The translations under genes and the position numbers were made by a program. From the human T2T-CHM13v2.0 reference genome, Homo sapiens, in assembly GCF_009914755.1 (NCBI RefSeq), contig NC_060926.1: DNA of 64,000 bases. The stretch is one strand, 5' to 3'. Below are positions 12,418-25,219 of the stretch, piece by piece. How positions within the stretch are numbered: position 1 is the stretch's first letter; each line of letters opens with the position of its first letter. The notes under the pieces were generated by a model that saw only the letters and a program-made list of their open reading frames with translations, was not told where the DNA came from and made no database searches.

Positions 12418-15039
12418 CAGGCATACCTTGCTTTATTGCATTTCATGTTATTGCACTTCACAAATATCACATTTTTTCTAAATTGAGAGTTTGCAGCAAC
12501 CCTGCATCAAAAAGTATATTGACACCATTTTTCCAAGAGTATGTGTTCACTTCATACCTTTGTGTCACTGTTTGGTAATTCTTACAATATTTCAAACTTT
12601 TTCATTATTCTTATATCTGTTATAATGATCTATGATCAATAATCTTTGATGTTACTATTTTAATTCTTTTGAGGTGGTATGAAGCACGTCTATGTAAGAT
12701 GGCAAATGTAATAAATAAATGTGTGTGTTCTGAATGCTCCATTGATCAGTACTCCCTTATCTCACTCCCTCTATTCAGGCCTTCCATTCACTGAGACACA
12801 ATAGTGTTTATATTAGGCCAATTAATAACCCTACAATTGCCTCTAAGTGTTCAAGAGAGGACAAGTTGCCTTTCAGTTTAAATCAAAAAGTAGAAATGAT
12901 GAAGCTTAGTGAGAAAGGAATATTAAAAAATGAGATAGGCCAAAAGCCAGACCTCTTCAGCCAAACTGTTAGCCAAGGTACAAAAGCAAATAAAAAGTTA
13001 TTGAAGGAAATTAAAAGTGCCATTCAAGTGAATACACAAATAATCAGAGAGCAAAACACCCATATTGGTAATATGGAGAAAGTTTTAGTGGACTGTAGAG
13101 GAGATGAAACCAGGCACAACGTTCCCTTAGCCAAAATCTAATCCAGAAAAAGGCCAAACCTCTCTTCAATTCTATGAAGAATGAGAGAGGTAATGAAGTT
13201 GTAGAAGAAAAGTTTGCAACTAGCAGAGGTTGGTTCATGAAATTTAAGAAAATAAGCCATCTACGTAACATAAGAGTTCAAGGTGGAGCAGCAAGTGCTG
13301 TTGTAGAAAATTAAGCAAGTCATTCAGAAGATCTAGCTAAGATCATTAGAAGGTGGCTGCATAAAACAACAGATTTTCAGATGAAACAACTTTTTTTTTT
13401 TTTTGAGACAGAGTCTCACTCTGTCACCTAGGCTGGAGTGTGATCTCAGCTCACTGCTGCAAACTTCACCTCCTAGGTAAAGCAATTCTTTCATCTCAGC
13501 CTCCCAAGTAGCTGGGACTACAGGTGCCCACCACCACAACCGGCTAATTTTTGTATTTTTAGTAGAGATGGGGTTTCACCATATCGGTCAGGCTGGTCTC
13601 AAACTCCTGACCTCAGGTGATCCACCAGCCTCGGCCTCCCAAAGTGCTGAGATTACAGGCGTGAGCCACCATGCCTGGCTGAAACAACTTTTTATTGAAA
13701 GCAGATGCCATCTAGGACTTTCATGAACTAGGAATAAGTAAATGGCTGGCTTCAAAACTGCAAAGTATAGGCTGACTGTCGTGTTAACTGCTAATGCAGC
13801 TGATGATTTTAAGTTGAAGCCAATGCTGATTTACAAATCTGAAAATGCTAGGGTCCTCAAGAATTATGCTGAATTTACTTTGCCTGTATTCTATAAATGG
13901 AAGAACAAAAACTGGATGATATCACATTTGTTTGCAGCATTGTTTGCTAAATATTTTAAGTCCAATGTTGAGAACTCCTGCTTAGAAGGAAAGATTCCTT
14001 TCAAAATATTGCTGGTCATTGAAAATGCACTTGGTCACCCAAGAGCTGTGCTAAACACAAGATTAATGTTGTTTTCTACTTGCTAACACAACAGCCACTT
14101 TACAGCCCAAGGATTAAGGAGCAATTCTGACCTGCAAGTCCTATTATTTAAGACATACATTTCATAAGCCTATGCCTGCCATTGATATTAATTTCTTGAT
14201 GGACCTGGGCAAAGTAAGTTGAAAACATTCTGGAAAAAAGATTTATCATTCTAGATGCCATTGAAAATATTCATGATTCATGGTAGGAGGTCAAAATATC
14301 AACTTTAACAGGAGTTTGGAAGAAGCTGATTCTAACCCTCATGGATGACTTTGAAGGTTTCAATATTTCATTGGAATAAATAACTCAAACTGTAGTGGAA
14401 ATAGCAACAGAATTAGAAGTGAAATCTATGGATGTTACTGAATGGTTGCAATATCATGATAAACATGGACAGATGAGAGTTTTTCTTTATGAATGAAAGT
14501 GGTTTCAAATAAAGTGGTTTCCTGAGACCTAATCTACTTCTGGTGAAGGTGTTTTGAGCATTGTTAAAATGACAACAAGGGATTTAAAGTATCCATTTAT
14601 AAACTTGTTTGGTAAAGCAGGGATGGGTTTTTAAATGTTTGACTCCAATTTTGAAAGAATTCTACTGTGGATAAATGCTGTCAAAGTGCATTGCATATGC
14701 CAGAGGAATTTTTTAGAAAGGAAGAGTTCATCAATGTTGTAAACTTCACTCTTGTCTTAAGAAATTGCCACAGCCACCCTAGCTTTCAGCAACCGCCACC
14801 CTGATCAGTAAACAGCCTCAGATGATCCTTAGCAATTTTTAGCAATAAAGCATTTTAAAATCAAGATACATGCATTTTTTGAGACAGAATGTTATTACAT
14901 ACTTCAGAGGCTACCAAATAATGTAAACAACTTTCATATGTACAGGGAAAACAAAATATTTGTAGACCCACTTTGTTGTGATATTTGCTTTATTGTAGTG
15001 GTCTGGAATGGAACCCACAATAGCTCAGAGATATGCCTG
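12418..15039 (+). mobile_element. Tigger1 DNA transposon (TcMar-Tigger), full length, decayed transposase
   Basis: Terminal inverted repeats caggcatacct / agatatgcctg with TA target duplication on both sides (12416-17, 15040-41); CENP-B-like HTH remnant (12866-13141) and DDE_1 remnant [22 protein letters not shown]...ILLVIENALGHP (13742-14086). Confidence 0.95.
13391..13680 (-). mobile_element. AluS element inserted in Tigger1
   Basis: Antisense Alu dimer with poly-T; TSD gaaacaactttt at 13383 and 13681. Confidence 0.95.
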
Positions 15040-15041
15040 TA

Positions 15042-16430
15042 GTTTAGTCATGTAAATTGAAAAATAACATTTCCTGCCAATGTATTTTGTTTCTCAAAGA
15101 TCTTAGTCTATTAGCCATCAGTATAGATTCCTCCATGTCAAAGTCTCCTGGTTTAACTTTGGTCTTACTAACTTTTGTAATTGTATCACTTTTTTCCTAA
15201 GGTTTAAATGTTTGCAACTGCCTTTTCTCCTCCAGATTTCTATCTTCAGTATTCAATGTTCCATGGCAAGTGGTCCTATGCACAACCCTGCCAAATAAGA
15301 TATCTACTGCTGAACTTCTTGATGATGCCAGGTTCTTTCATGTTATTAACATACCTTAATGTTTTACTTAAAATATTCCTGTGGCGTTTCTGGGCAACAC
15401 TCAAATTATAAAATACTCTATTCTAATATATACACATCTACCTTTCACAGTCCCCAGATCCCTTTTTCAAAACTTTGTCAAGGTAATTCTGAAATGTTCT
15501 CCTTATTTCCTCTAAGCCACTATCATTTGCAAGCTACAAGGTTCCATACACACTGTCTCAGGGAGAGTTCCCTTATTATACAGATAGTATACAGCTTATA
15601 TTCTCTTCCTCCGCAGTGTGTCAATCTCAATGTCAACTCTCTGATGGTTATTCTTGTTCTCATTATAAATATTAGACAAATGCTACAGCTCTTTGGTTGA
15701 ATAAGTTATTTTCTTCTATAGAGGGAATGGACATATTCTCTCACATTCTACTGTGACTTGACCATACTTATTAGAGTGAGTGAATGTATACATGAGTGGA
15801 ACTTGAGGGAAATAAAATCATCCTGTGGGGCTTCTACCTCTTGAAACCTGTGATTCTTCTACAGGTAATTGGAGGCTGCTAACATCTTATAAGATACAAA
15901 TGGTGCCTTCTACTAGTATAGGCACTAGAAATAGCTGAGATTACAAGTTTATGGAGTCTACCCAATGACTTTATTCTATTTTCTTGGACCTACTTTTCTT
16001 AAGTCCTTAGTTTAATGTAAAAGACCTTTCAGGTTTGTGCCTTTGATCTTCTTTATAACTTCCACGTTTAATGATCAAATTCTGGACATGGTTTGTAATA
16101 CAATCTTATCTCTCACTGTAGAGATTAACAAATTTTTTAAATGATACTATGCAGCCTTCTGGTATTAACAACATTTCCTGAATTGATAGTTGGCTAATCT
16201 AAGCCATTCTATTTCTTTATGATTTCTAATGCAGGTGAAAGAAGTAAACCAACTTCATAACTTTTATAATTACTACTATTCCCATTCCCTTTAATTGTTA
16301 TGTCAATAGTATTATCAATATTTTCTCTTCTTCTCTGTATCACTTCAATCAAACACAAGTGAGATATTTAGTACTGACAATGTCCCAGCATGACTTGCTT
16401 TATATGCACACCAATGCACAGTCCAAGGTA
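15042..16430 (-). mobile_element. Probable continuation (5'/gag side) of the ERVL internal region
   Basis: Same composition as 3.1-5.8 kb and 12.27-12.41 kb and collinear once the L1 and Tigger1 insertions are removed; no clean protein motif recovered. Confidence 0.45.
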
Positions 16431-16439
16431 AATCTTTGG

Positions 16440-16760
16440 GAGTATTCATTCAATCCTTCTTTTTTATACTTTCATTTAATTTTTATTTAATTACTTACAT
16501 TCAACAAAAATGTATTGATATCTTACTAGTGCCAGGCACCATTCTCGGCTCTGGGGATAGAGTGGTGAACAAAACTGATTCAAATTGCTCACTTAATGGA
16601 GCTTATAGTATAGTGGAGGAGAAAGTCAATAAGCAATTAATTAAAACCTATCATATGGCAGATAGTAAGTAAGTCTTTTGGAGAACAATAAAGCAGGAAA
16701 AATGTTAGTGAGTACTGGGAAGTGAAGCACTATTACAATATTAAGTAAGTTGGTGGGTTT
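16440..16760 (-). mobile_element. L2 LINE 3' end fragment
   Basis: cattcaacaaaaatgtattga...gtgccaggcaccattct...ggggatagagtggtgaacaaaac...atggagcttatag, typical L2 3' terminus in antisense. Confidence 0.8.
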
Positions 16761-17419
16761 TAAGCTCATTAAATCTTTATGAAAATAAAATATTTCCCAG
16801 TGTGTATGGCAATACATTTTTGTTAACTAATGGCTTTAGAACTCAGCTGCCCAGTATGCTAGGAAAGAAACAGTGTTCTGCAATTATGAAAACTGGTGTA
16901 GTGAATCTTGATGGTACCTGTCCCATTATATGGCTGCAACCAAAAGGCATAAGTTCTAGAAAACTGGCCAATAAGGAGCTACTAGCACTCCTAAGCATAA
17001 ATAATGATTTTTCAGGATGTATAAGAAACAAAGGCTCTTTTATGTGAAGTTGCTTTATCATGCTGCTCTTTAATCCCACTGGGGGAAAGACTGTTGCTCC
17101 CTAATCACGTAGCTTCACCATTCAAATGTCAAGGTACTTTTCAAAGACTCTGTTTTCTGGTTTTACATTGTCTTGAAGTGTTTCTCTAGAATAGTTTATA
17201 AACAGAGGACTATTGCTACTAGTCTTTTTTTTTTTTTTCTGTGAGTTTTCTCAGATGAGCATTGTTCCAGCAGGTTGATTCTGAGGTGCTGTTTGACCAA
17301 TTACCTTTACTACATGGCAAATGTCAGTAAGGCACAGCATCACTGAAAAGATAAGATTATCAAAAACAAAAACAAACAAAACCACAAGAAGATGAAGTAA
17401 CATAAAAAGGAGCTGTGGA

Positions 17420-18150
17420 ATGACGGAGGAGAAGAGTGTCCCCATCAGAAGAAATATTTGATTTTTATGTTAGCAAAATAATAATGGGCCAGTGTGGCTA
17501 TAGCCATATTGAACAAGGGGGAGAGTAGAAGGGAAAAACAGAGTCAGTATAGTCAGATAAAATAGGGCTTTCTAAGCCTTTATGAGGACATTGGCTTTTA
17601 TTCTGGGTGAAATGTGAAGCTACTGGTGTAATTTGGATGAAGAAATTACATGAATTGACACATTCATTTTTAAAGGCCACCAAGTTATCTATATGACTAA
17701 TGGGTCACCAAGCTATTATAAATATAGAAGCCAAGAAGTCCTACATGAGCCCTGGGGCATTCAAGTGGTGAGAGTTTAGGAAGGTGAAAAGAATCCAGCA
17801 AAGAAGACCGAGAAGGATAAGTCAGAGAGCCAAGAAACACACAGACAGACAGACACACACCAAAAAAAAAAAAAAAAAAGGTTGATGTCCTAAAAGTACG
17901 AAAAGAGATTATACAAGTAGGAGGAAGTATTCAACTGTGTCAAAAATAGCAGATAAAACCCATAAAAGGGGACGAATTGGCTATTAGATTTAGCAACATG
18001 TATGCCTTTTGGGATCTTTGCAAGAGTCTAGAAGAATCTTTGGGGATATTTGCAAGAGTTTATATGGGGTTGGTGAAAGATGGATTAGTGCATATTCAAG
18101 ACAGAATGTGATGAGAGAAACTGGAGAAAAGGAGTACAGAAAAAATGTTT
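17420..18150 (-). mobile_element. L2 LINE fragment
   Basis: Purine-rich L2-like text (ttggcttttattctgggtgaaatgtgaagctactgg; ctattagatttagcaacatg). Confidence 0.6.
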
Positions 18151-18264
18151 TAGAAAAATATTACATGACACAGTGACCTGAATTTTAAATGTATTAATTA
18201 TGAAAATTATTTTTTAATTAGAGAAGTATTATTATTAAATAATATTTTCATCTAAATTATATGC

Positions 18265-19070
18265 AACTTCAGTAAGGATAGAGTAATTTATGCTGTGGTG
18301 CCAAATGTTACACATTGGCTTTCCACAGCAAAAATGTTCATTTCACTCACTCTACTGATCAATCTCAGATACTCTGGGGACTCTTCTCCACTTAGTTATT
18401 ACTCCAAAATACAGGCTAGGTGAGCAACTTTCTTTGAATCAATGTTGCCTCTTTGACAGAAGGAAAGAGAACATGGTGATATGGTTCGGCTCTGTGTCCC
18501 CACCCAAATCTGATATTGAATTGTAATCCCCAGTGTTGGAGGTGGGGCCTGGCAAGAGGTGATTGGATCCTGAGAGTGCTTTCTAATGATTTAGCACTAT
18601 CCCCCTAGTCCTGACTGTTGATAAGAGTTCTAATGGGATCTGGTTGTTTGAAAGTATGTGACATCCCCCACTTTGCTCTTTCTCTCTCCTGCCAGCCATG
18701 TGAAAATGTGCCTCCTTTCCTTTCACCCTTCCACCATGATTGTAAGTTTCTTGAGGCTTCCCCAAAAGCAGAATTCTATACAGCCCACAGAACTGTAAAC
18801 CAATTAAACCTCTTTCTTTATAAATTACCCAGTCTCAGGTATGTCTTTATAGTAGTGCAAGAACTGACTGATACACATGGTATACCATGAATGTACTTTG
18901 TTTGAATTCTGATTCAAACAAGTAAACTTTATGAAACCTTTAAATATCATTTCAACACCTATTCTGTTGGGCAAAGCAAATCAAAAGGTTGTGCCTGAAT
19001 TGTCCAGGACATAGATGAGCAATTGTCTCACGGAACAGGGCACCCCAGATATTTTTGAGCACTCTAATAT
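18265..19070. mobile_element. Old MLT1 (K/L-like) LTR split by an MST LTR
   Basis: cagtaaggatagagtaatttatgctgtgg at the start and attctgttgggcaaagcaaatcaaaagg after the insert. Confidence 0.45.
18477..18875 (+). mobile_element. MSTA-like MaLR solo LTR
   Basis: tgatatggttcggctctgtgtccccacccaaatc...gaactgactgataca; perfect 5-bp TSD catgg (18472-76, 18876-80). Confidence 0.92.
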
Positions 19071-19609
19071 GTGTGGCAAAAAGTATGAGATATATGTTTG
19101 CTACAATATTTCTTATTGTTCTGATTATATAACCTTGAATAAATTATATATTAATTAATTACATATTATATTAATACACCTTGAATAGGTTTATGTCATA
19201 GTATCACAAATTTGTTAAAATAGTCACTTTGGGCCTGCTAAAAAGAGAAATTCAAGGAACCTTCCTCAGTGTATTCCAATTTAGAAGCCTGGTGATCTGT
19301 TTGTTTGAGGATCGCTACAGGAGAGTCTCATCATCAGACCAGTTAGATCATCAGAAAGAACAAGTGGTAAACAAAAGTGTTACTCAGTGTGATTAAGTTC
19401 TACTTCTTAGTGTGGCATGATGATTTCATTAAATTTCACACTTCAATTTACTAATCATAATTAAGATATTTTTCAAAGAGTTAAAAATTGAGATTTATAG
19501 GAAAACTAAGTATAGAAACTAGTTAAAAGTCCTTTCTGTTTCATGAGAATTTAACAAAGGATTAGTAATTTAATTTAATGTGTAAGTATATAATAATTGT
19601 AGATGTGGA

Positions 19610-19850
19610 TAATAACAGTTATTATTTGCTGCTATAGCATATGCTATGGTGAGTAATTTATTTCTTTTATTTAATATTCTGAGCAATCCTATGAGAATAT
19701 TACAATCTTCATTTTACCGATAAGATGACTGGAATACAGAAGGTTTTGTAATTTGACCAAGTTCAGACAGGCATTCGGTGATAGATGCAGCATGCAAGCT
19801 TAGAGGTGTCCCAAGTATGTGCATATCAGACTTTGCCTTAGATATTTCCC
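19610..19850. mobile_element. MIR relic
   Basis: caatcctatgag...cttcattttaccgataagatgactgg...agaaggttttgtaatttgaccaagttcagacag. Confidence 0.65.
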
Positions 19851-21381
19851 CCAGAAATATAAGGGAGAGAAGGGAATATCTAATATTCTGCTATTAGATA
19901 GATTTACAAACTTATATATGAGAATAAACGTTTGCCTGTGTAGGTTTTCATTTATTGGTTGAATTGGCAGGCAGCCTAAATTTGGCCACCTGTTAAGCAT
20001 TAGCTCTAGATTGTCATACTGAGTGTTCAAAATCAGAAGTTAGTGAATCCCAATCCTTCCTCCCGGTGAAAAATGCACCTGATGGCTTGTACACATGCCA
20101 TGCATCTTATTAAGATTTTAGAACATTTTTAGTGGACCCCAAAAATCTCTTCCCTTGACCTTCTGAATCCACGCAAGCAACGTGATTTCTACTGCAAATG
20201 TGTCCATGCAGGGACATATTGCCCTACCATCCTATCTAAAGAGCTCTTCCCTAAGTCTTTCTCATATTTAGTTTTTATTTCTTCATAGCAATTTTTATTA
20301 ATTTATATCATTTTAATCTCTTAATTTGTTTATATTAGTTTTCTTCCAATGAAGAATACTTTTATAAGACAAGTGACTTTTACGATCTTTTAATTGCTGC
20401 ATCTCAAGTTCCTGGGATAGACTAGAATATATGGGAACGTGTTACTTACTAATACTGGGCACCTCTATGAGGCTCAGAATTACTGCTTTTCCTGAGGGTT
20501 GTAGTCTTGTTAGTCACAAGGTTATCTATAGAAGAGTCAGACAACTGGAGATAAAAACATTAGCATTAGTCGTAAATAGCTAATCGGAGGATGTTGCTAC
20601 AGATTTTCAGACAAAGAGTTTGCTAGTATTCTCTGATTTAAACAGATTCATCCACTACGTTTTATGGGCAATTATATAAGTATGAAATCCCTCCCAGGTG
20701 CAGGTCTTTAATTTCATTGCAGAGAGGAGGACAGAATGAGCCCTCTCTATTGGCAGACTGAACTAAAAAATAAAAGAGAACCCAGAAGGACTTGTACTTT
20801 TTCTGAACATTTTTTTCTGTAACATTAATCAGATAGATATATTACCTTCATCCTATGCAAAAAAGTTGGAAAATTAATAGGTAACGTTTCTCAGGCCGTG
20901 TTTCCTGTGGAAACCTGAGGTCATTGTGATGGATACCCTGGCCCCTGTCATCTGTAATATCCTACATCCTGGTTTTGGCAAGTTTTGTATTTCATAATTT
21001 ATTTAAAAATCACAAACTTTGAGTGAATCAAAAGTATATTTGGAAGATTCAGAAGAAGTAGTGTTCTAATCAAAATGTGATTTTAGCATGGCTCAAAAAT
21101 CAGAATAAATTGAATTTTGGAATGTTTTAATGAAACCTCAGTATATTGATCATAATTACAATGTACACTTGAACAGTTTCAGCAATACTAATCCTATCTG
21201 ATTATTCTTAGCATATACTCTCCCTTTTTCTATCACTAGTTGTTACTTCTAGATTTTCCTCTTCCAGAACAAAATATCTGACATTCCATTTCTTTCTTAC
21301 AATCCCACCTAGTCTCTTTGGTTACCTGAGCTCAACAATAACTCTGTTTATTCAAACTTTCTTAATCCTAATCATGTTACA

Positions 21382-21789
21382 GTGTAGTAGTATTGAACTC
21401 AATTGTTTGCTTTCCTCTTCTTTGTAAAAGGACTGTACATTCTTGCATGTAACCCTGTGACTTTCAGAGATAATTTTGTGGGAGTGTATACTTTCACCTC
21501 ATTTTCCCTGGGTTTAGCCATCTGCTAAGCAGAACTGATGTAAGCCATGTCCCAACAAATACTTTAAGAGCTACTATATGGTTGGCTTTTGTTCTCTTTC
21601 CCTCTGTTACTAAAAGTCATGTCTTAAATAGGGTATGTTACTTCATCCTGGGTCCCAGGATGATAAAACTCATAAAGTAAAAAGATATTAGTTGATCCAC
21701 GGCCACTAACATATAATGTGTGCAAAAACAATGTCTGTTCTTGTGAGCCACTGAAATATTAGGATTCTTTGTTACCACAGAAGAGCTAG
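21382..21789 (+). mobile_element. MLT1 (I/J-like) LTR
   Basis: ttcatcctgggtcccaggatga...tgtgagccactgaaatattaggattctttgttaccacag resembles an MLT1 3' end. Confidence 0.6.
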
Positions 21790-22136
21790 TGAATTAGTTC
21801 GTTCTCATGCTGCTATGAAGAAATACACAAGACTGGGTAATTTATAAAGGAAAGAGCTTTAATTGACTCACAGATCTGCATGGCTGGAGAAGCCTCAGGA
21901 AACTTACAATTGCCATGGAAGGCACCTCTTCATATGGCAGCAGAAGAGAAAATGAGTGCCTAGTGAAGGGGGAGGCCCCTTATAAGACCACCAAGTCTTG
22001 TGAGAAAAAACTCACTATCATGAGAACAGTATGGGAGAAACTGCCTACCTGATTCAATTATCTCCACTTGGTCCCACCCTGAATTATTATAATTCAAAGT
22101 GAGATTTGGGTGGGGACACAGAGCCAAACCATATCA
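21790..22136 (-). mobile_element. THE1 (C/D-like) MaLR solo LTR
   Basis: Ends gagatttgggtggggacacagagccaaaccatatca; perfect 5-bp TSD gctag (21785-89, 22137-41). Confidence 0.92.
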
Positions 22137-23676
22137 GCTAGCTACTAAAATTTTATTCAAGCATTTTTCATTTCCTTTTAGTTTTAGAACAACCTATTTT
22201 TGGGTATGATATACAATATATTCTGTATAGTTTGCCTGTTTTTATCCATGTATGATTTATGCTCCTAACCTGACTCCTTTAGGTTATGGGTTTGAGAAAA
22301 GAGAAAATACACATATCCCTAATATAAGTCACTGGTTTATTTAATAAAGATAGAGAAACTAATTGTAAAAGAAGAGCTCACATTGCAGATCCAGTGATAG
22401 TGTATCTTTTGTGGCATTTCTCTTTCTTCCAAATCTCCTGTGGGATTTTCGGTAATTAAAGAACATCTAAAGATACTCTAAACAAAGATACTCTTGGCAA
22501 AGCTAATAAAGTCTTCCTATGCTATTTCCTTTAGTTCTCAAACTTCCATCTGCATTCACAAAAGACATGTATTAACAAACAAACATCATTATAAGGAAAT
22601 CTTTAACATTTAACTTGTACTTGGGCAAAATTCAGCATCAGCAAAAGCACATCCTTATCTGAGGAAAAGAGAGTCGTTTTTCTGACATTTCTGAATATTT
22701 CTGCCTTTTACTTTGTCTCTGAATATCTGTGTTACCAAAAAGACCATTTCATAAAAAGATTCAAAAAATCATGGTATTTGTTATTAATTTCAGAATATAT
22801 AAGTTCATTGAAGGAAAAAACGAATGTCTTTTTCTCATTATTTCTATTTGGTGCCTAACTTGATGCCCCCCCACCCCCAAACAGCAGGCATTCAGGAAAT
22901 GTATACAAAATAAATATGTGATGTTAGTTATATTATTTACTCTATAAACATAGCAAATATTTCATAAAAATAAGCAATAATGAATAATATTTTCCAAATG
23001 TAAAACTAGAAAGATAAATATGGAACAAATTCTACACTATGACATATATTAGAAAATGTTGTTTGACTAACCAAAGGGATGGGCCTAAAAATTATAAAAG
23101 TATGGAAGAGAGTTTTTTCAAATCTTAACTATTAACTTTTGGAAAATATTTCAGTGGGCAGTCAATATGACATAATGACATGCAACGATGTTGTGGAACC
23201 ATCTTTATGGATAAGACTTTAGTAAATACTTTTCTGCAATTAGCAACTACTGTTTTTAACCAAATGATACCCCTCTTTCTTAATAGAAATATGAGTCATG
23301 AATTAATTTCGTGGCCCACATATGCACATGCACACATAAATTTTGAAGCATGAAAGTCATTAGCCAAATGTGGGAAGCCAAGTAAATTTAAAACAGTATG
23401 ATAGTTTGTGAATTTTTTCCACAGATGTCTCTAGTTACACTGTTCCTATTCAAGGGAAAGTTAATTCTATGTCCTCAAACAGCTTTGTTTAAATAACAAA
23501 TAAAACAGAGACTATTGGCTACATCTCTGAGGCATTGGAATATTACTAATAGACTAAAAATTAATTTCCCCCTGGAATGGATATTTTTTAAAGTTTTATT
23601 AAAGCTTTACGTTATATATTGCTACCTGATATTTTATTTATTAATTCTTAGATTCTACTTTATAATGTTTTAAAAT

Positions 23677-23772
23677 GCTAAAACAAGTCTAAATTGCCAT
23701 GACATGAGGAAGAAATTCTGTTTAGCTAAAACAAGTCTAAATTGCCATGACATGAAGAAGAAATTCTGTTTA
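23677..23772. repeat. 48-bp tandem duplication (2 copies, 1 mismatch)
   Basis: gctaaaacaagtctaaattgccatgacatgaRgaagaaattctgttta at 23677-23724 and 23725-23772. Confidence 0.95.
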
Positions 23773-24112
23773 TCACCCATTGTATAAAATGTTATTCTAT
23801 TTATTAAGATGTGATAGCACTACTTCTTGTTTTATTTAGTTGTATTCTCTCTGATCTGTCTGCCTACGAACAGATTTACAATTAGAAAATATTCTATGTT
23901 GATAAACAACAATTTAGTATAATTTGCAGGGAATGCAAACCATTGAATATTACATAATTTAAGATTAATATCATGATTTACTAGAAAAAGAAAATATGCC
24001 TGAAATCCTCTAGCAAACTTGAAGATAAGCTGAACTGACTCTGCTATATTACTACAAGAGGTATAGAGATAGATACAAAGACATATAGGTAGATATGGAA
24101 AGATACATAGAT

Positions 24113-24156
<44 letters not shown>
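24113..24156. repeat. (GATA)11 tetranucleotide microsatellite
   Basis: Direct reading; degenerate GATA-like units lie upstream. Confidence 0.95.
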
Positions 24157-24159
<3 letters not shown>

Positions 24160-24813
24160 GAAGTTGCAATTTCTATACATTTGTATAAACTGTATCTTGT
24201 TCTTTTACCTTTGCAACCATTTTATCACTGGTATCTTGCACTCTCAACAATGACTTCCAATGCCAAAAGAATTTAATGTGTATTTAGAATTCCTTCCACA
24301 GGCCAATTATTACTTATAAATTTGTATACTTTTCTACTTGAATTAAAATCTAAGGAATTAAAATTGGGTTACTTTTCACAAAGAAGTATAAAAGAGTAAA
24401 TTTGGAGCTGAGAAGAAATAAATAACAGGCATCTGTGCTTCCTAGATATTAGCAGTATCCAATTTATACTTTTATCATTTAAAAAATAATATATGTATAC
24501 ATTTGTGTGCATGCTTAATATCAGTGGAAAATTAAAACATTTTAAGACAGCATTAAAGATTCCATAAAATGACACTGTCCTCTTTTACATACTTTTTTCT
24601 ATTTTAGTCTTTGCTTTTTATCAAATAAAATGACTGGGGAAGACAAGAAGACACTTAGACCACTGTTATTGCCCTCCTGTTTCTTTTTCTGCTAGAATGT
24701 ATAGCTAGAAGTTAGAAAAACTGAGAAGATTTTAGTACATTTTCAAAGCAAGTATTTATGTCCATCATAGAAATGTCTCAGTCACATTTCTGTCTTGCTC
24801 TTTTATAAAGTAA

Positions 24814-25219
<406 letters not shown>

